Positions 12,011 through 22,377 of a DNA stretch of 64,000 bases are shown piece after piece (position 1 is the first letter of the stretch; each line of letters opens with the position of its first letter). The position numbers and the translations under genes are program-made. Origin of the DNA: Candidatus Nomurabacteria bacterium (GTDB taxonomy: Bacteria; Patescibacteriota; Minisyncoccia; Phycocordibacterales; UBA9973); the NCBI GenBank assembly GCA_963842815.1, contig CAWJHU010000003.1, positions 27,683 through 91,682 of the forward strand, written 5' to 3'. Under the pieces are notes generated by a model. That model made no database searches. It was not told the DNA's origin and worked only from the letters and a program-made list of their open reading frames with translations.

Positions 12011-12113
12011 ATAAAAAGTAAAGTTTTTAAGGGGTTTGGCGAGCGACGGCGAGCCAATTTCAGGATTTTTTAAGCTTCAAAAAATCCGTACCGGCAAAAA
12101 TTTTACTTTTTAT
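12011..12113. repeat. Intergenic branched palindromic element
   Basis: 18-bp terminal IR with 1 mismatch enclosing two inner hairpins. Confidence 0.7.
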
Positions 12114-12337
12114 TTTTTTACTTTTTTAATCTTCGCAGAAGCAGCTCGGCGCTTATTGAAGCGTTCTACACGTCCGGCCGTATCCATAACTTTTTCATTG
12201 CCGGTATAAAAAGGATGACATTGACTGCAAATTTCCATTTTGATTTCAGGCATCGTTGAACCCACCTCAAAAACAGCTCCGCAGGCGCAGGTGGCTTTGG
12301 TTTTAATATTATATTTTGGATGTATATCTTTTTTCAT
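12110..12337 (-). CDS. rpmE: 50S ribosomal protein L31
   Basis: [23 protein letters not shown]. Confidence 0.97.
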   Translation of the reverse strand: MKKDIHPKYNIKTKATCACGAVFEVGSTMPEIKMEICSQCHPFYTGNEKVMDTAGRVERFNKRRAASAKIKKVKK

Positions 12338-12360
12338 TACCAAAAGAGATTATCACAATT

Positions 12361-13718
12361 TTAGCTTGAAAGCAAATCTATATTGCTCTGGATGGTAGAT
12401 TTTAATTTCTGAACACTTCGGCTGTAGGAACAGGAAGAACTCTTGGTGCCATAATAACTGCAGGCTGCTCTATTTTGCGCACTGGTACTGGTTCCCACAG
12501 CCCCAAGGTCCGTGAGATATAAACCGGAAGCCATAAAAGCATCCAAGGGAGACCATGGATTGGCATAATATCCTAAAATATTTTCCAAACGACTTTGAAA
12601 CATCTGCCAAGTGGAAGGAATAAATTGCGCTGGTCCCATGGCTCCGCCATAACCCCCTGCCCCGGCAATCGGGCAAGAAACAGCTGTTTGGTAAGCATTA
12701 AATTTTAAGTCATTGGTAATACTCAAAAATACAGGCACATCCCGGGTCGGATTCATAACATTTGAAAATATTGTCCCGGTATTTTTGCCGACTCCAGCTC
12801 CCGTATCCGGATTTTTCAAATAACATTGACCGACATTTGCTCCCAAGTTGCTTTCCTGGGTAAGGATGGCGAGCAGAAACGCAGGGTCAATACCTGTTTT
12901 ATTTTTTACTTCATTGGCATATTGAAGAGCCGTACCGAAATCAATTTTTTCCGATATGCCGGCAAGACTGAACAAAGCACTGCGAATTTTATCCGCCTGA
13001 GCTTTTTTTTGCGCCGCCAATTGCTGATAGGCAGCTTCTTTTTGTTTGGAAATGGCCAGCAGTTGCTTTTTGTCCGCTTCGGATTTAGCCACTTGTTTTT
13101 GCGCATTTTCCAATTCAGCCTTGGCGTCAGTTTCAGCGTTTTGTTGTTTTTCTAAATCGGTTTTGGCAGCTTCAGTTTGTACTTTTACTCCGTTAATAAT
13201 ATCAACGGAATCTTTTATGGCCTGCTGAATAGAATTATAGGATTCCAGATCGCTGTAAAAAGTTGAAATGCTGTCGTCCGAGAGAATTAAATTTATTATA
13301 TTTTCATTATCAAATTCATTGGTATTTCGAAGAAGCTGAGCCAGTGATTCATGTTCCCGGTCAATTTTTTGCAGAAAGCGATGTAATGGTATTCGCTTTA
13401 TCGGTAATATCCACTTTTAATTGAGCAATAACAAGCGCCCGAGCTTTTATTTTTACTTTCAGCGCATTAATTTGGCTATTTAAATAATCCACGTCGCCCT
13501 TCAAGGTTCCGGTCTGTTTTTTTTGTTCCGCCTGCTGATTTAATAAATCCGTCAGTTGCGCTTCTATTTGATTAAGCTGGTCCTGGCAATAGGCTTTATC
13601 CGTGACACTGGAAGATGTATTCAAACTCAAGACAGTCAAAATCAGCGCTTGCTTTAGGCGCTGAAAAAATCGGCATAAAAAATATGAAAACAAAAACCAT
13701 GGCAAATTTCTTAACCAT
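12361..13718 (-). CDS. Secreted coiled-coil lytic murein transglycosylase, two indels
   Basis: Signal peptide MVKKFAMVFVFIFF, coiled coil, LAILTQESNLG..GGAMGPAQFIPSTW. Confidence 0.8.
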
Positions 13719-13797
13719 AGTTCTTATTTTAACATATTTAAAATTTGTTTGCCCTTGGAGAAAATTATTTCTTTTCCCCGCCTGCAAAAGTTATGCT

Positions 13798-14483
13798 TTA
13801 AGCATTGCGGGCAGGTTCTTTCTTTTCTGCCGGGGCTTCGACAACAACTTCAGCTCCTTCTTCTTCTTTTTTGCCTTTCTTTTCAACTTCAATGGCAGAC
13901 AAATCAACTGGCGGCGCTATCACCTCTTCTTTTTCTTCAACCTGCAAAACTATGGAAGCCACGACTTCTTCGCCGCCGGTAATCATTGTAACTCCGGTTG
14001 GCAATTTTATATCGGAAACAAAAATCTGGCTTTCTACCGTTTCAAGCTTGGAAATATCAACTTCAAGATTGTGAGGAAGGTCTTTCGGTAAAGCTTCAAC
14101 TTCCACTTCGTGAAGTACTTTTACAAGATTCCCTAGGCCATTTTTAACCGCATTCGGAAATTCCGTCAAATTCAAGAGGCACATTAACTTTGATTTTCTT
14201 TATTCATATCAATCACCAAAAAATCCACGTGAATCGGCTCTTCGGTGACCGGATCAACTTGTACTTCGTGAATGAGAGCGTCAATATTATTATCGCCTAA
14301 AGCTATCTTAACGGTGGAAGATTCCCCCGCTTCCCGCCAGATTTTCTTAAATTCAGCGATTGAAATGGAAATAGAAGTAGTCGTTTTGCCGGCTCCGTAA
14401 AAAACAGCCGGGAATTTCTCCCCCTTTTCTTAAAGCATCTAAATTATACCCTCATTTCTCTTTTTAGCTTTGATTACAAACAT
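13798..14483 (-). CDS. rplY: 50S ribosomal protein L25/Ctc, with indels
   Basis: PAVFYG, IHEVQVDPVTEEPIHVDF, EVEALPKDLP. Confidence 0.9.
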
Positions 14484-14519
14484 AAAGCAAAGTATATAGG
14501 AAAATTAAAAAATTGCAAA

Positions 14520-15374
14520 TTATTTTATTCCGTTAAAAAGTTTCAATCGCGCTTCCACCATTTTTTCGATGGCCTCCACAGCCGGCTGTAATATTTTATA
14601 AGGTGTAGTTTCGTTCGGGTTATCAGTCAAGGATTTTTTCAGTGCTTCATCATAGGCCAAACGAATTTCGGTGTTTATGTGAATTATGGAAATGCCCGCT
14701 TTTATGGCATTGGTAAAATCTTCATCCCGCAGTCCTGAACCGCCGTGAAGCACCAAAGGAATTCCGGTTGCTTTTCTAATTTCCGCCACCAATTCGCCAT
14801 CAATGTGCGGTTTCCCGCTTTTTATCAATCCGTGAATGCTTCCGACGGACGGCGCCAACATATTAATGCCTGTCATTTCCACAAATTTTTTCGCTTCTTC
14901 CGGTTTTGTTAAAATCCCCGCGCCCTCGGGAATAGTTTCTTTGATATTAGAACCGGAACCAATGTATCCCAACTCCGCTTCAACCAGCACATTTTTGCCG
15001 GAATTTTTTGCATAATCTACGCACTGCTTGGTTATTTTTACATTTTCCTCAAAATTTAATTCGGCCCCATCAAATATGACGGCATCAAAGCCGGCATCGA
15101 TGGATGCTTTGACTCTTTCAAAACTGTAATGATGGTCGGCATTCAAAAAAATAGGATAATTTTCTTTTTCTCTGATTTCTTTAATCATCCCGACAGCTTC
15201 ATTCCTGCCGACAAAATCTTCTTCTCCTTCGGAAAGGCCGATGATTACCGGAACATTAAGTTTTTTTGCCGCATTATAAATTCCGTGCAAAGCTTCCAAA
15301 TTGGAAATATTAAAATGTCCGATAGCTATTTTTTTTTCTTCCGCTTCTTTGATGTATTCGCGAAGAGTTTTCAT
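14520..15374 (-). CDS. fba: Class II fructose-bisphosphate aldolase
   Basis: NADH, VEAELG, SVGSIHG, LVLHGGSG. Confidence 0.93.
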   Translation of the reverse strand: MKTLREYIKEAEEKKIAIGHFNISNLEALHGIYNAAKKLNVPVIIGLSEGEEDFVGRNEAVGMIKEIREKENYPIFLNADHHYSFERVKASIDAGFDAVIFDGAELNFEENVKITKQCVDYAKNSGKNVLVEAELGYIGSGSNIKETIPEGAGILTKPEEAKKFVEMTGINMLAPSVGSIHGLIKSGKPHIDGELVAEIRKATGIPLVLHGGSGLRDEDFTNAIKAGISIIHINTEIRLAYDEALKKSLTDNPNETTPYKILQPAVEAIEKMVEARLKLFNGIK

Positions 15375-15378
15375 GTTA

Positions 15379-16824
15379 TTATTTTAACAAATCTATTAAA
15401 ACTTGCTTAGCAACAGAAGGATTCGCTGAACCTTTCGTTTCTTTCATCATTTGCCCCACGAGAGACATAAGCGCTTGTTCCTTACCTCCTTTATAATCTG
15501 CTACTACTTTTGCATTTGCATCAATGATTTTTTGCGCGATTATTCTTAAGGTATTCCCGTCATTTTCTTGTAGTAACCCTTCTTCTGTTGCCAGTTTTAT
15601 TGGTAATATGTCATTATCAATAATCTTTACCAAAATATATTTTGCTGCATGAGAAGAAAGTTTACCTTCACTGTACATATCAATCAATTCAGCAAAATTT
15701 TCTACTTTAGGAATTCTTACCTCATGCCCGGGATACATTATTTTTATTCCCAAAAGATCATTGATTATAAAATTAGATGCAATTTTTATCTTTTCCTTGT
15801 TTTCTTTTAATGCTAGTACAAGTTTTTCAAATTTTTCAGAAAGTTTTTTATCATTGATATAGCTTTCTATGTCTTCGTCTTTGATTCCAAAATCTTTTTT
15901 ATATCTTGTGCGTTTTTCCGCGGGTAATTCCGGCAATTCTTTTTCCATTTTCTTCAAATCAAATGCTTCATGCAAATACATTTTCGGCAAATCCGGCTCA
16001 GGAAAATATCTGTAATCATGGCTGGATTCTTTTTTGCGCTGAGAAAATGTTTTTTGCTTCCCTTCATCCCAACCACGGGTTTCCTGCACTATTTCGTTTC
16101 CTTTTCCACTTTCTAAAAGTTCCGTCATTCTGTCTAATTCAAATTTAATCGCCTTTTCCACGCTTTTAAATGAATTTAAATTTTTTACTTCCACTTTTGT
16201 TCCCAATTTATTTTTATCTTCCGAAACCGAAATATTCGCCTCCACCCGCATTTCACCTTTTTCCATATTCGCATCTGATACTCCTAGGTACCCAGGCATT
16301 AGTACTAACTGAAGTTCTTTGGCAAAATTGGAAGTTGTTTTAGCGGCAGTTTCCGCATCATTAAAAGTATGAGGTTCTGTCACAAGTTCCATCAACGGCA
16401 CGCCGGCGCGGTTGAAATCAACAAGAGAAAAGTCTCCTCGGTCATGTTTATTATTCGCTGTATCTTCTTCCAAATGTACTCGGGTAACGTCAAAATCCGC
16501 CAATTTCCCCCCAGAAACTATTGGATATTTAAATTGCGAAATCTGAAAACCTTTTGGAATGTCTGGGTAAAAATAATTCTTGCGGTCAAATTCAGTAAAA
16601 TTGGCAATTTTCCCGCCAATAGCCAGCCCAACTTTTATCACATTTTCTACCGCTTTTTTATTGATTACCGGCAAAGTCCCCGGATGAGCCATACAGACGG
16701 GGCAAATGTTTACATTGGGTTTTTCTTCATCAGGGTCGTTCTTGCAATCGCAAAACATTTTTGTCTGCGTTTTCAATTCCGCATGCACTTCCAAGCCAAT
16801 TGTCGGGTAATATTTATTTACCAT
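15379..16824 (-). CDS. gatB: Asp/Glu-tRNA amidotransferase subunit B
   Basis: IGLEVHAEL, FDRKNYFYPD, DYRYFPEPDL. Confidence 0.98.
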   Translation of the reverse strand: MVNKYYPTIGLEVHAELKTQTKMFCDCKNDPDEEKPNVNICPVCMAHPGTLPVINKKAVENVIKVGLAIGGKIANFTEFDRKNYFYPDIPKGFQISQFKYPIVSGGKLADFDVTRVHLEEDTANNKHDRGDFSLVDFNRAGVPLMELVTEPHTFNDAETAAKTTSNFAKELQLVLMPGYLGVSDANMEKGEMRVEANISVSEDKNKLGTKVEVKNLNSFKSVEKAIKFELDRMTELLESGKGNEIVQETRGWDEGKQKTFSQRKKESSHDYRYFPEPDLPKMYLHEAFDLKKMEKELPELPAEKRTRYKKDFGIKDEDIESYINDKKLSEKFEKLVLALKENKEKIKIASNFIINDLLGIKIMYPGHEVRIPKVENFAELIDMYSEGKLSSHAAKYILVKIIDNDILPIKLATEEGLLQENDGNTLRIIAQKIIDANAKVVADYKGGKEQALMSLVGQMMKETKGSANPSVAKQVLIDLLK

Positions 16825-16831
16825 GTTTTAA

Positions 16832-17845
16832 TTATACCTTTTTCTTCAATATTTTCATCAACTCGTCTTTGAATTTTTTTACCGCTTTGTCGTCATACAA
16901 AGAAAGCACGAAAACTCTCTCGCCAAGTTTTTCAAATTCCTTTTTCTTTTTATTTATGATTTTTGGGTCTTCTATAGTATCGGATTTGGTAAGAATAATA
17001 ATTTCGTCTTTTTTTGATAATCCTTCTTCTCCTAGATTTAAATTCTTATCGTATTTTTCCAATTCTTTGCGGATTTCTTTATAAACTTTCATCATACCTG
17101 TCGTCCCCTTTGATAAATTTTCAAATGATACTAAGTGCGCAATCATTTTGGTGCGTTTAATATGTCTTAAAAATTTTACTCCTAGCCCTTTTCCTGTATT
17201 TGCTCCTTCAATCAATCCCGGGATGTCGGCAATGGTGTAGCCATAAAAATCTCCTAAGTTAGGATCTAAAGTAGTAAATTCATAATCTCCCACTTTCGCA
17301 TCTGCATTCGTTAGGGCGTTGAGTAATGACGATTTACCAGCATTTGGCAACCCAACTAGCCCAATATCGGCAAAAAGTTCCAATTCTATATGAAAATTGC
17401 CATGTTCTCCATCCACTCCTGGCCGCCATTCTTTCGGAGTTGTGTTTGTAGAACTTTTAAAATGTTCATTGCCGAATCCGCCATATCCGCCCCTTAAAAG
17501 CAAAACTTTTTGTCCTTCTTCCAACAGTTGCCATTGCTCGTCCGTATCAAGATTGGTAATGATGGTGCCCATGGGTAATTCTAAAACAAAATCATCTCCT
17601 TTTTTACCGTGCAAACTTTTTTTCCCGCCATCTTCGCCTCTTTCCGCTCTAAAACTTTTTTTGGCTTTATATTTTGAAAGTATATGTACATCCCGAACAG
17701 CTTGCGCATAAAAATCCCCACCACGTCCACCGTCGCCTCCCGCCGGTCCGCCCTTGGGCACAAATTTTTCCTGACGCCATCTGACTACACCGTCTCCACC
17801 GCGTCCCGCTTCCGCATATATTTTGATTTCATCAATGAATGCCAT
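16832..17845 (-). CDS. obgE: GTPase ObgE
   Basis: Gly-rich Obg fold, GLPNAGKSS, FTTL, DIPG. Confidence 0.98.
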   Translation of the reverse strand: MAFIDEIKIYAEAGRGGDGVVRWRQEKFVPKGGPAGGDGGRGGDFYAQAVRDVHILSKYKAKKSFRAERGEDGGKKSLHGKKGDDFVLELPMGTIITNLDTDEQWQLLEEGQKVLLLRGGYGGFGNEHFKSSTNTTPKEWRPGVDGEHGNFHIELELFADIGLVGLPNAGKSSLLNALTNADAKVGDYEFTTLDPNLGDFYGYTIADIPGLIEGANTGKGLGVKFLRHIKRTKMIAHLVSFENLSKGTTGMMKVYKEIRKELEKYDKNLNLGEEGLSKKDEIIILTKSDTIEDPKIINKKKKEFEKLGERVFVLSLYDDKAVKKFKDELMKILKKKV

Positions 17846-17846
17846 A

Positions 17847-18743
17847 TTATTTAAGCGCCAATTCCGCTAATTTTATCGCCCCCTCCTTGCTTTTAGCCAC
17901 TGCCATAAAAAGCGCTCTATGGCAAAATACGGCATCTTCTACTCCTGAAATTTTTTGCAATTCCTCATCCTGTAAGCTTGCCCAGTTTGCTGGAAAATTT
18001 TTTCTGTTTTTAAAAGTTTTAGGATTTTCTCTCACTGCTTTTACTCCCCAAAAATCATCACTTGTTCTGGGATAAATTGCAAAAAGAGGTTCCGGGAAGT
18101 TATTCAAAATATCTTCATAGGGGTAATTTTGATCCAAAACAATTATTCTTTTATCTGTGGTATTTTGATAGATTGATATTATTTTTTCTTCAGCAAGGAT
18201 AGCATCTTTCGCTTGGGTAATCTCTCTGGATAAGATTTCCTTTGCAATCTCTACGGATTTAAAAAACATTTCATCAATACTCAGATTCTTTTCTTTCCAA
18301 GTTGGACGCATGGCCAACAAAAAATGTTGAATAAAATAAGGAGAAACATCATATTTATTTTCCACTAAATCAAAACCATTGTCATAGGCGTCAATGGGAG
18401 CAACAAGACGTTTGTCTATTAGATTTGCTGCTTTTTCTCCCCCCGCCAATCCCAAACCAAATTTTCTCCAAACCAAACCAAAAGATGAATAAAAAAAACC
18501 TTCCGGCCTCTTTTCTTTAAAATCTGTTTGATGATGGTCAAATCTGTTTGTTTTTTCATCATAAATTCCACCAACATCAAAAACATAGTCCGCCTTATTG
18601 ATAAACTCGGAATCGCGGGTGCGGATTATTTCAAAACTTTCTCCTTTTTCCTCTAGCATTAAAGAAAGCGTGGCCGTAGCGAAAACATCGTCTGCGTGAA
18701 AAGACCCATCGTGAGTAATTAATTTTTTATTATTTATTTCCAT
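17847..18743 (-). CDS. MYG1-family protein
   Basis: THDGSFHADD, FDHHQ, FCH. Confidence 0.9.
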   Translation of the reverse strand: MEINNKKLITHDGSFHADDVFATATLSLMLEEKGESFEIIRTRDSEFINKADYVFDVGGIYDEKTNRFDHHQTDFKEKRPEGFFYSSFGLVWRKFGLGLAGGEKAANLIDKRLVAPIDAYDNGFDLVENKYDVSPYFIQHFLLAMRPTWKEKNLSIDEMFFKSVEIAKEILSREITQAKDAILAEEKIISIYQNTTDKRIIVLDQNYPYEDILNNFPEPLFAIYPRTSDDFWGVKAVRENPKTFKNRKNFPANWASLQDEELQKISGVEDAVFCHRALFMAVAKSKEGAIKLAELALK

Positions 18744-19368
18744 TTTCGCTTCCATTATTATTGATATTTCCGCCATTTTTAAAATATTCAAAAACTCTAT
18801 AGAAAAAAGCGACTAATTTATCAAAAAGCAGAAAGATTATCAAAAGAATGAACACGGCCAGAGAAAATCTGTTTATTTCCTTGCTATAGGAAAGAGCTGT
18901 TTGGCTGAAAAAATATCCCAAACACAAAAGAGCCGGCGCCCAAATTATAGTGGACAACGCTTCCGCTTTCAAAAAAGTTTTAAAACGTATTTTGTTATAT
19001 CCGGATAAAATAATGACCCAGAAGTTCGTTCCCACAATAAATTTTGAAACAAAAATAGACCAAAATGGCGTTTGCCTGAATCTAGGCAAAAAGTAAAACA
19101 CTCTTTTTTCCAAATATTTGAGAACAGCGAGTTTATTATATTTTCTATTTATAAGTTCACCTAAATAATACACACCAAAAGTTTTCATCGTGCCACCGGC
19201 CAAAATAAAAAAGAGCGCTCCCCAAAAATCAAGGGCTCCCAAATAAGACAAAACACCCGCAGTGATGACCACTACTTCTCCCTCAAAAATAAGTCCTAAA
19301 AAAATCAACAGGTACGCCAATACTTGATGATTCTGCACTAGATGATTTAAAATTTGTACCGTATGCAT
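18730..19368 (-). CDS. DedA-family membrane protein
   Basis: EGEVVVITAG, SKFIVG, multiple TM segments. Confidence 0.8.
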   Translation of the reverse strand: MHTVQILNHLVQNHQVLAYLLIFLGLIFEGEVVVITAGVLSYLGALDFWGALFFILAGGTMKTFGVYYLGELINRKYNKLAVLKYLEKRVFYFLPRFRQTPFWSIFVSKFIVGTNFWVIILSGYNKIRFKTFLKAEALSTIIWAPALLCLGYFFSQTALSYSKEINRFSLAVFILLIIFLLFDKLVAFFYRVFEYFKNGGNINNNGSENGNK

Positions 19369-19371
19369 ATA

Positions 19372-19821
19372 TTAAAAAAGGCTGTCTACCACTTCTTTCA
19401 CTATTCCCCCGTCCGCTTTGCCCTTTAGGTCTTTCATTAAAGCCTGCATCAGCATTCCCTTTTTTGTCGGGTCGCTAATGCCCAATTCTTCTTTTTTGCT
19501 TTTGGCTATTTTTTCAATCTCACTTTTCTCCATTAATTTCGGCAAATAGGTTTCCAAAATAGCCAATTGCGCTTCTTCTTCTTTCACTAAATCCTGCCGA
19601 TTGCCTTTTTTAAATTGCTCTATGGAATCTTTTCTTTGTCTAGACAAACGCGTTATTACTGCAATTGTTTCCTCGTCCGAAAGCATTTCGTTCGGTTTCC
19701 TGCCTTTTGCCACAAGTTCATTGGTAAAACCGGCCACCATGGAACGCAAGGTTTCAAGCAAAACGATATCTTTCGCCAGCATGGCGTCTTTTATTTTGTT
19801 TTTTATTTGTTCGTGCAACAT
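19372..19821 (-). CDS. GatB/YqeY domain protein
   Basis: AMLAKD, QRKDSIEQF..GNRQDL, YLP, GKADG. Confidence 0.92.
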   Translation of the reverse strand: MLHEQIKNKIKDAMLAKDIVLLETLRSMVAGFTNELVAKGRKPNEMLSDEETIAVITRLSRQRKDSIEQFKKGNRQDLVKEEEAQLAILETYLPKLMEKSEIEKIAKSKKEELGISDPTKKGMLMQALMKDLKGKADGGIVKEVVDSLF

Positions 19822-19856
19822 GCGCATATTATATCAAATTGTGATAAAATAGTGAA

Positions 19857-20429
19857 ATGAGTAAATTAGTATTTTTTGATTTGGAAACAGCTGGATTGAA
19901 TCCAAGCGAAAACGGTATCCATCAAATATCCGGCTGTATTGAAATTAATGGAGAAGAAAAGGAATGCTTCGACTTCAAAGTCGCTCCGAATCCAAAACTG
20001 GCTATTTCCGATGAAGCTCTTAAAATTTCAGGCAAAACTAGAGAAGAAGTACTGGCTTATCCGCCAATGGAAAAAATTTACAAGCAATTTATCGATTTGC
20101 TTGAAAAATACGTGGATAAATACGATAAAAAAGATAAATTCTTCCTGGTCGGCTACAACAACTCTTCTTTTGACAATCAATTTTTGCGAAATTGGTTCAT
20201 TCAAAACAACGATAAATATTTTGGGTCCTGGTTTTGGCCAAATACTTTGGATGTATATGTGCTCGCAACCCAAAAATTACTGGATAAACGAAAAGATATG
20301 TCTGATTTTAAACTGCCTACTGTATGCACCCAAGTCGGGATTTCAGTGGAAGAATCAAGGTTACATGACGCAATCTATGACATAGAACTTACCAGAAAAC
20401 TTTATCAAATTATAATTTCCGAGTATTAA
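19857..20429 (+). CDS. DEDDh 3'-5' exonuclease (DnaQ-like)
   Basis: FDLETAG, YNNSSFD, HDAIYD. Confidence 0.9.
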   Translation: MSKLVFFDLETAGLNPSENGIHQISGCIEINGEEKECFDFKVAPNPKLAISDEALKISGKTREEVLAYPPMEKIYKQFIDLLEKYVDKYDKKDKFFLVGYNNSSFDNQFLRNWFIQNNDKYFGSWFWPNTLDVYVLATQKLLDKRKDMSDFKLPTVCTQVGISVEESRLHDAIYDIELTRKLYQIIISEY

Positions 20430-20431
20430 AT

Positions 20432-21478
20432 ATGGAAAACATTTTATGGATTGCCATAGGAATCTTGGTTGGAGGCATTGTTGTTTATTTTTTGTTTGGA
20501 AAAAAGAAAGAAAATAATGATAAAAATGATACTGGATTAAATCTCATTCTAACCCAAATAAACGAACTCTCACGTACCGTAGATAGTAAAATCGGCGAAT
20601 CACATAAACAAATGAATGAGAGTCTGAAATTCCATTCTTCCGAATCAAATAAAATAATCCGGGATGTGACGGAAAAACTGACCAGACTGGACGAGACCAA
20701 CAAACAAGTCATCTCTTTTGCCGACCAACTGCAAAGCTTGGAAAATATTTTGAAAAATCCTAAACAGCGCGGAATCCTAGGAGAATATTATTTGGAAACA
20801 GTTTTGAAAAATGTTCTCCCGCCCGGAAGCTTTCAGATGCAATATCCTTTTCCCGACGGCACCATTGTGGACGCCGTAGTGTTTGTAAAAGATAAAATTA
20901 TTCCGGTGGATTCAAAGTTTTCCCTTGAAAATTACAATAAGATGGCGGAAGAAAATAACGAAGCCGAGAAGAAAAAACTGGAAACTATTTTTGTAAATGA
21001 TTTGAAAAATAGAATTACCGAAACGGCCAAATACATCCAGCCTTCCAAAGGCACGACGGATTTTGCTTTTATGTTTATTCCCCATGAAGCCATTTACTAC
21101 GACCTTTTAACCAACAAGGTGGGAGCGGGAGAAGAAAATGAAAATTTAATTCAACGAGCTGCCGGAAAATACAAAGTCATCATCACAAGTCCTACTTCTT
21201 TTCTTGCTTATCTGCAAACTGTTTTGCAGGGATTGAAGGCTCTTAAAATAGAAGAGTCCGCCAAAGAAATAATAAAAAAAGTGGAAGATTTGGGAAAGCA
21301 TTTAAAATCTTTTGATGAATATCATTTGAAACTTGGCAATGCGCTGAAAACTGTTGTAAACCATTATGACGCTTCCGGCAAAGAATTAAAAAAAATAGAC
21401 AAAGATGTGCTTCGCATAGCCGGTACTTCGCCGGAACTTTCTACTCTTTCCCTGGAAAAACCCAAGCTCGAAGAATAA
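20432..21478 (+). CDS. rmuC: DNA recombination protein RmuC
   Basis: RGILGE, VDSKF, TTDFAFMFIP. Confidence 0.92.
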   Translation: MENILWIAIGILVGGIVVYFLFGKKKENNDKNDTGLNLILTQINELSRTVDSKIGESHKQMNESLKFHSSESNKIIRDVTEKLTRLDETNKQVISFADQLQSLENILKNPKQRGILGEYYLETVLKNVLPPGSFQMQYPFPDGTIVDAVVFVKDKIIPVDSKFSLENYNKMAEENNEAEKKKLETIFVNDLKNRITETAKYIQPSKGTTDFAFMFIPHEAIYYDLLTNKVGAGEENENLIQRAAGKYKVIITSPTSFLAYLQTVLQGLKALKIEESAKEIIKKVEDLGKHLKSFDEYHLKLGNALKTVVNHYDASGKELKKIDKDVLRIAGTSPELSTLSLEKPKLEE

Positions 21479-21581
21479 AGAGTTTTTCCACAGTTTTGTT
21501 GACAATTTTATACAATAGTATATAATATTGACGAATTCACGATTCTTTGTTGCTGTATTTTTTTTACAAGGAGGAGTTTTT

Positions 21582-21776
21582 ATGAAGCCTGTGAGAAACA
21601 CACCAAACCAACATTGTGGAATTAATCAATCCTTTCGAAATCAGAAAGAGGGTAAAACAAAACCAGATGTTGATACTATTCCTCTTGGTGTAAAAGGAAG
21701 AAAAAGGGCATTACAAATTCTCAAAAATTTTTCTCTTCGCAGTGGTCATCATAACGACCACTTATCATTTAATTAA
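21582..21776 (+). CDS. Orphan 64-aa basic protein (cassette 3)
   Basis: TTGACA(21499)-16-TATAAT, AAGGAGGAG SD, terminator 21797-21830. Confidence 0.6.
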   Translation: MKPVRNTPNQHCGINQSFRNQKEGKTKPDVDTIPLGVKGRKRALQILKNFSLRSGHHNDHLSFN

Positions 21777-21864
21777 AAATCAATTTTATTTTAAAGAAAA
21801 ACGCATCCCAAAAATCGGTTTGCGTTTTTTCATTTTTCATTAAAAAATGTTATATTTTTCATAT

Positions 21865-21936
21865 GGCCCTATCGTCTAACGGTCAGGACGTATCCTTCTC
21901 AAGGATAAAATTCGGGTTCGATTCCCGGTAGGGCTA
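21865..21936 (+). tRNA. tRNA-Glu(CTC)
   Basis: Cloverleaf; anticodon arm TATCC-TTCTCAA-GGATA. Confidence 0.93.
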
Positions 21937-22020
21937 CTTGACATTTTCATTAAAAGGTGTATACTTATATAGACTATAAAAAGTTGTTCATTCAAACAGA
22001 ATAATAAGAAAGGGATTCTT

Positions 22021-22164
22021 ATGTTTATGACAATATTAGAAGTTTTGCTAAGAATAATTTATTACATACTTGTTGCGCTATTTGTAATATCTTTAATTGC
22101 GGCACCTTTTGTGTATAAACACAGAAAAGAGTTGCAGCATTGGTATGAAATTCATTTTGAGTAG
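22021..22164 (+). CDS. Orphan 47-aa membrane microprotein (cassette 4, first ORF)
   Basis: TTGACA(21938)-16-TATACT, AAGGG before the ATG; MFMTILEVLLRIIYYILVALFVISLIAAPFVYKHRKELQHWYEIHFE. Confidence 0.55.
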   Translation: MFMTILEVLLRIIYYILVALFVISLIAAPFVYKHRKELQHWYEIHFE

Positions 22165-22177
22165 AAAGGAGAGAATC

Positions 22178-22318
22178 ATGAGAACTCCAACGCCAGCTCC
22201 ATACATATCTTCTTTAAAAAATTCTGGTAAATCTCACACAATACTCAAAATGTTATTGAGTATTGTGTGTATAGTTGTTGTAGGGATAATTTTTAGTATC
22301 ATCCTCACTAATCATTAA
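22178..22318 (+). CDS. Orphan 46-aa membrane microprotein (cassette 4, second ORF)
   Basis: AAGGAG SD; C-terminal TM segment; terminator 22343-22379. Confidence 0.55.
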   Translation: MRTPTPAPYISSLKNSGKSHTILKMLLSIVCIVVVGIIFSIILTNH

Positions 22319-22377
22319 ACCCACCTCATTCCCTCTTCATCCAAACTCGCCATGTCTTTGACCCTTGGCGAGTTTTT

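Noticed and set aside
16281-16300. Possible mini-palindrome insert in gatB (CCTAGGTACCCAGG, encoding PGYLG), and a similar hint in rsmI near 2950
   Set aside because: Too short and single-copy in this window to separate from chance.
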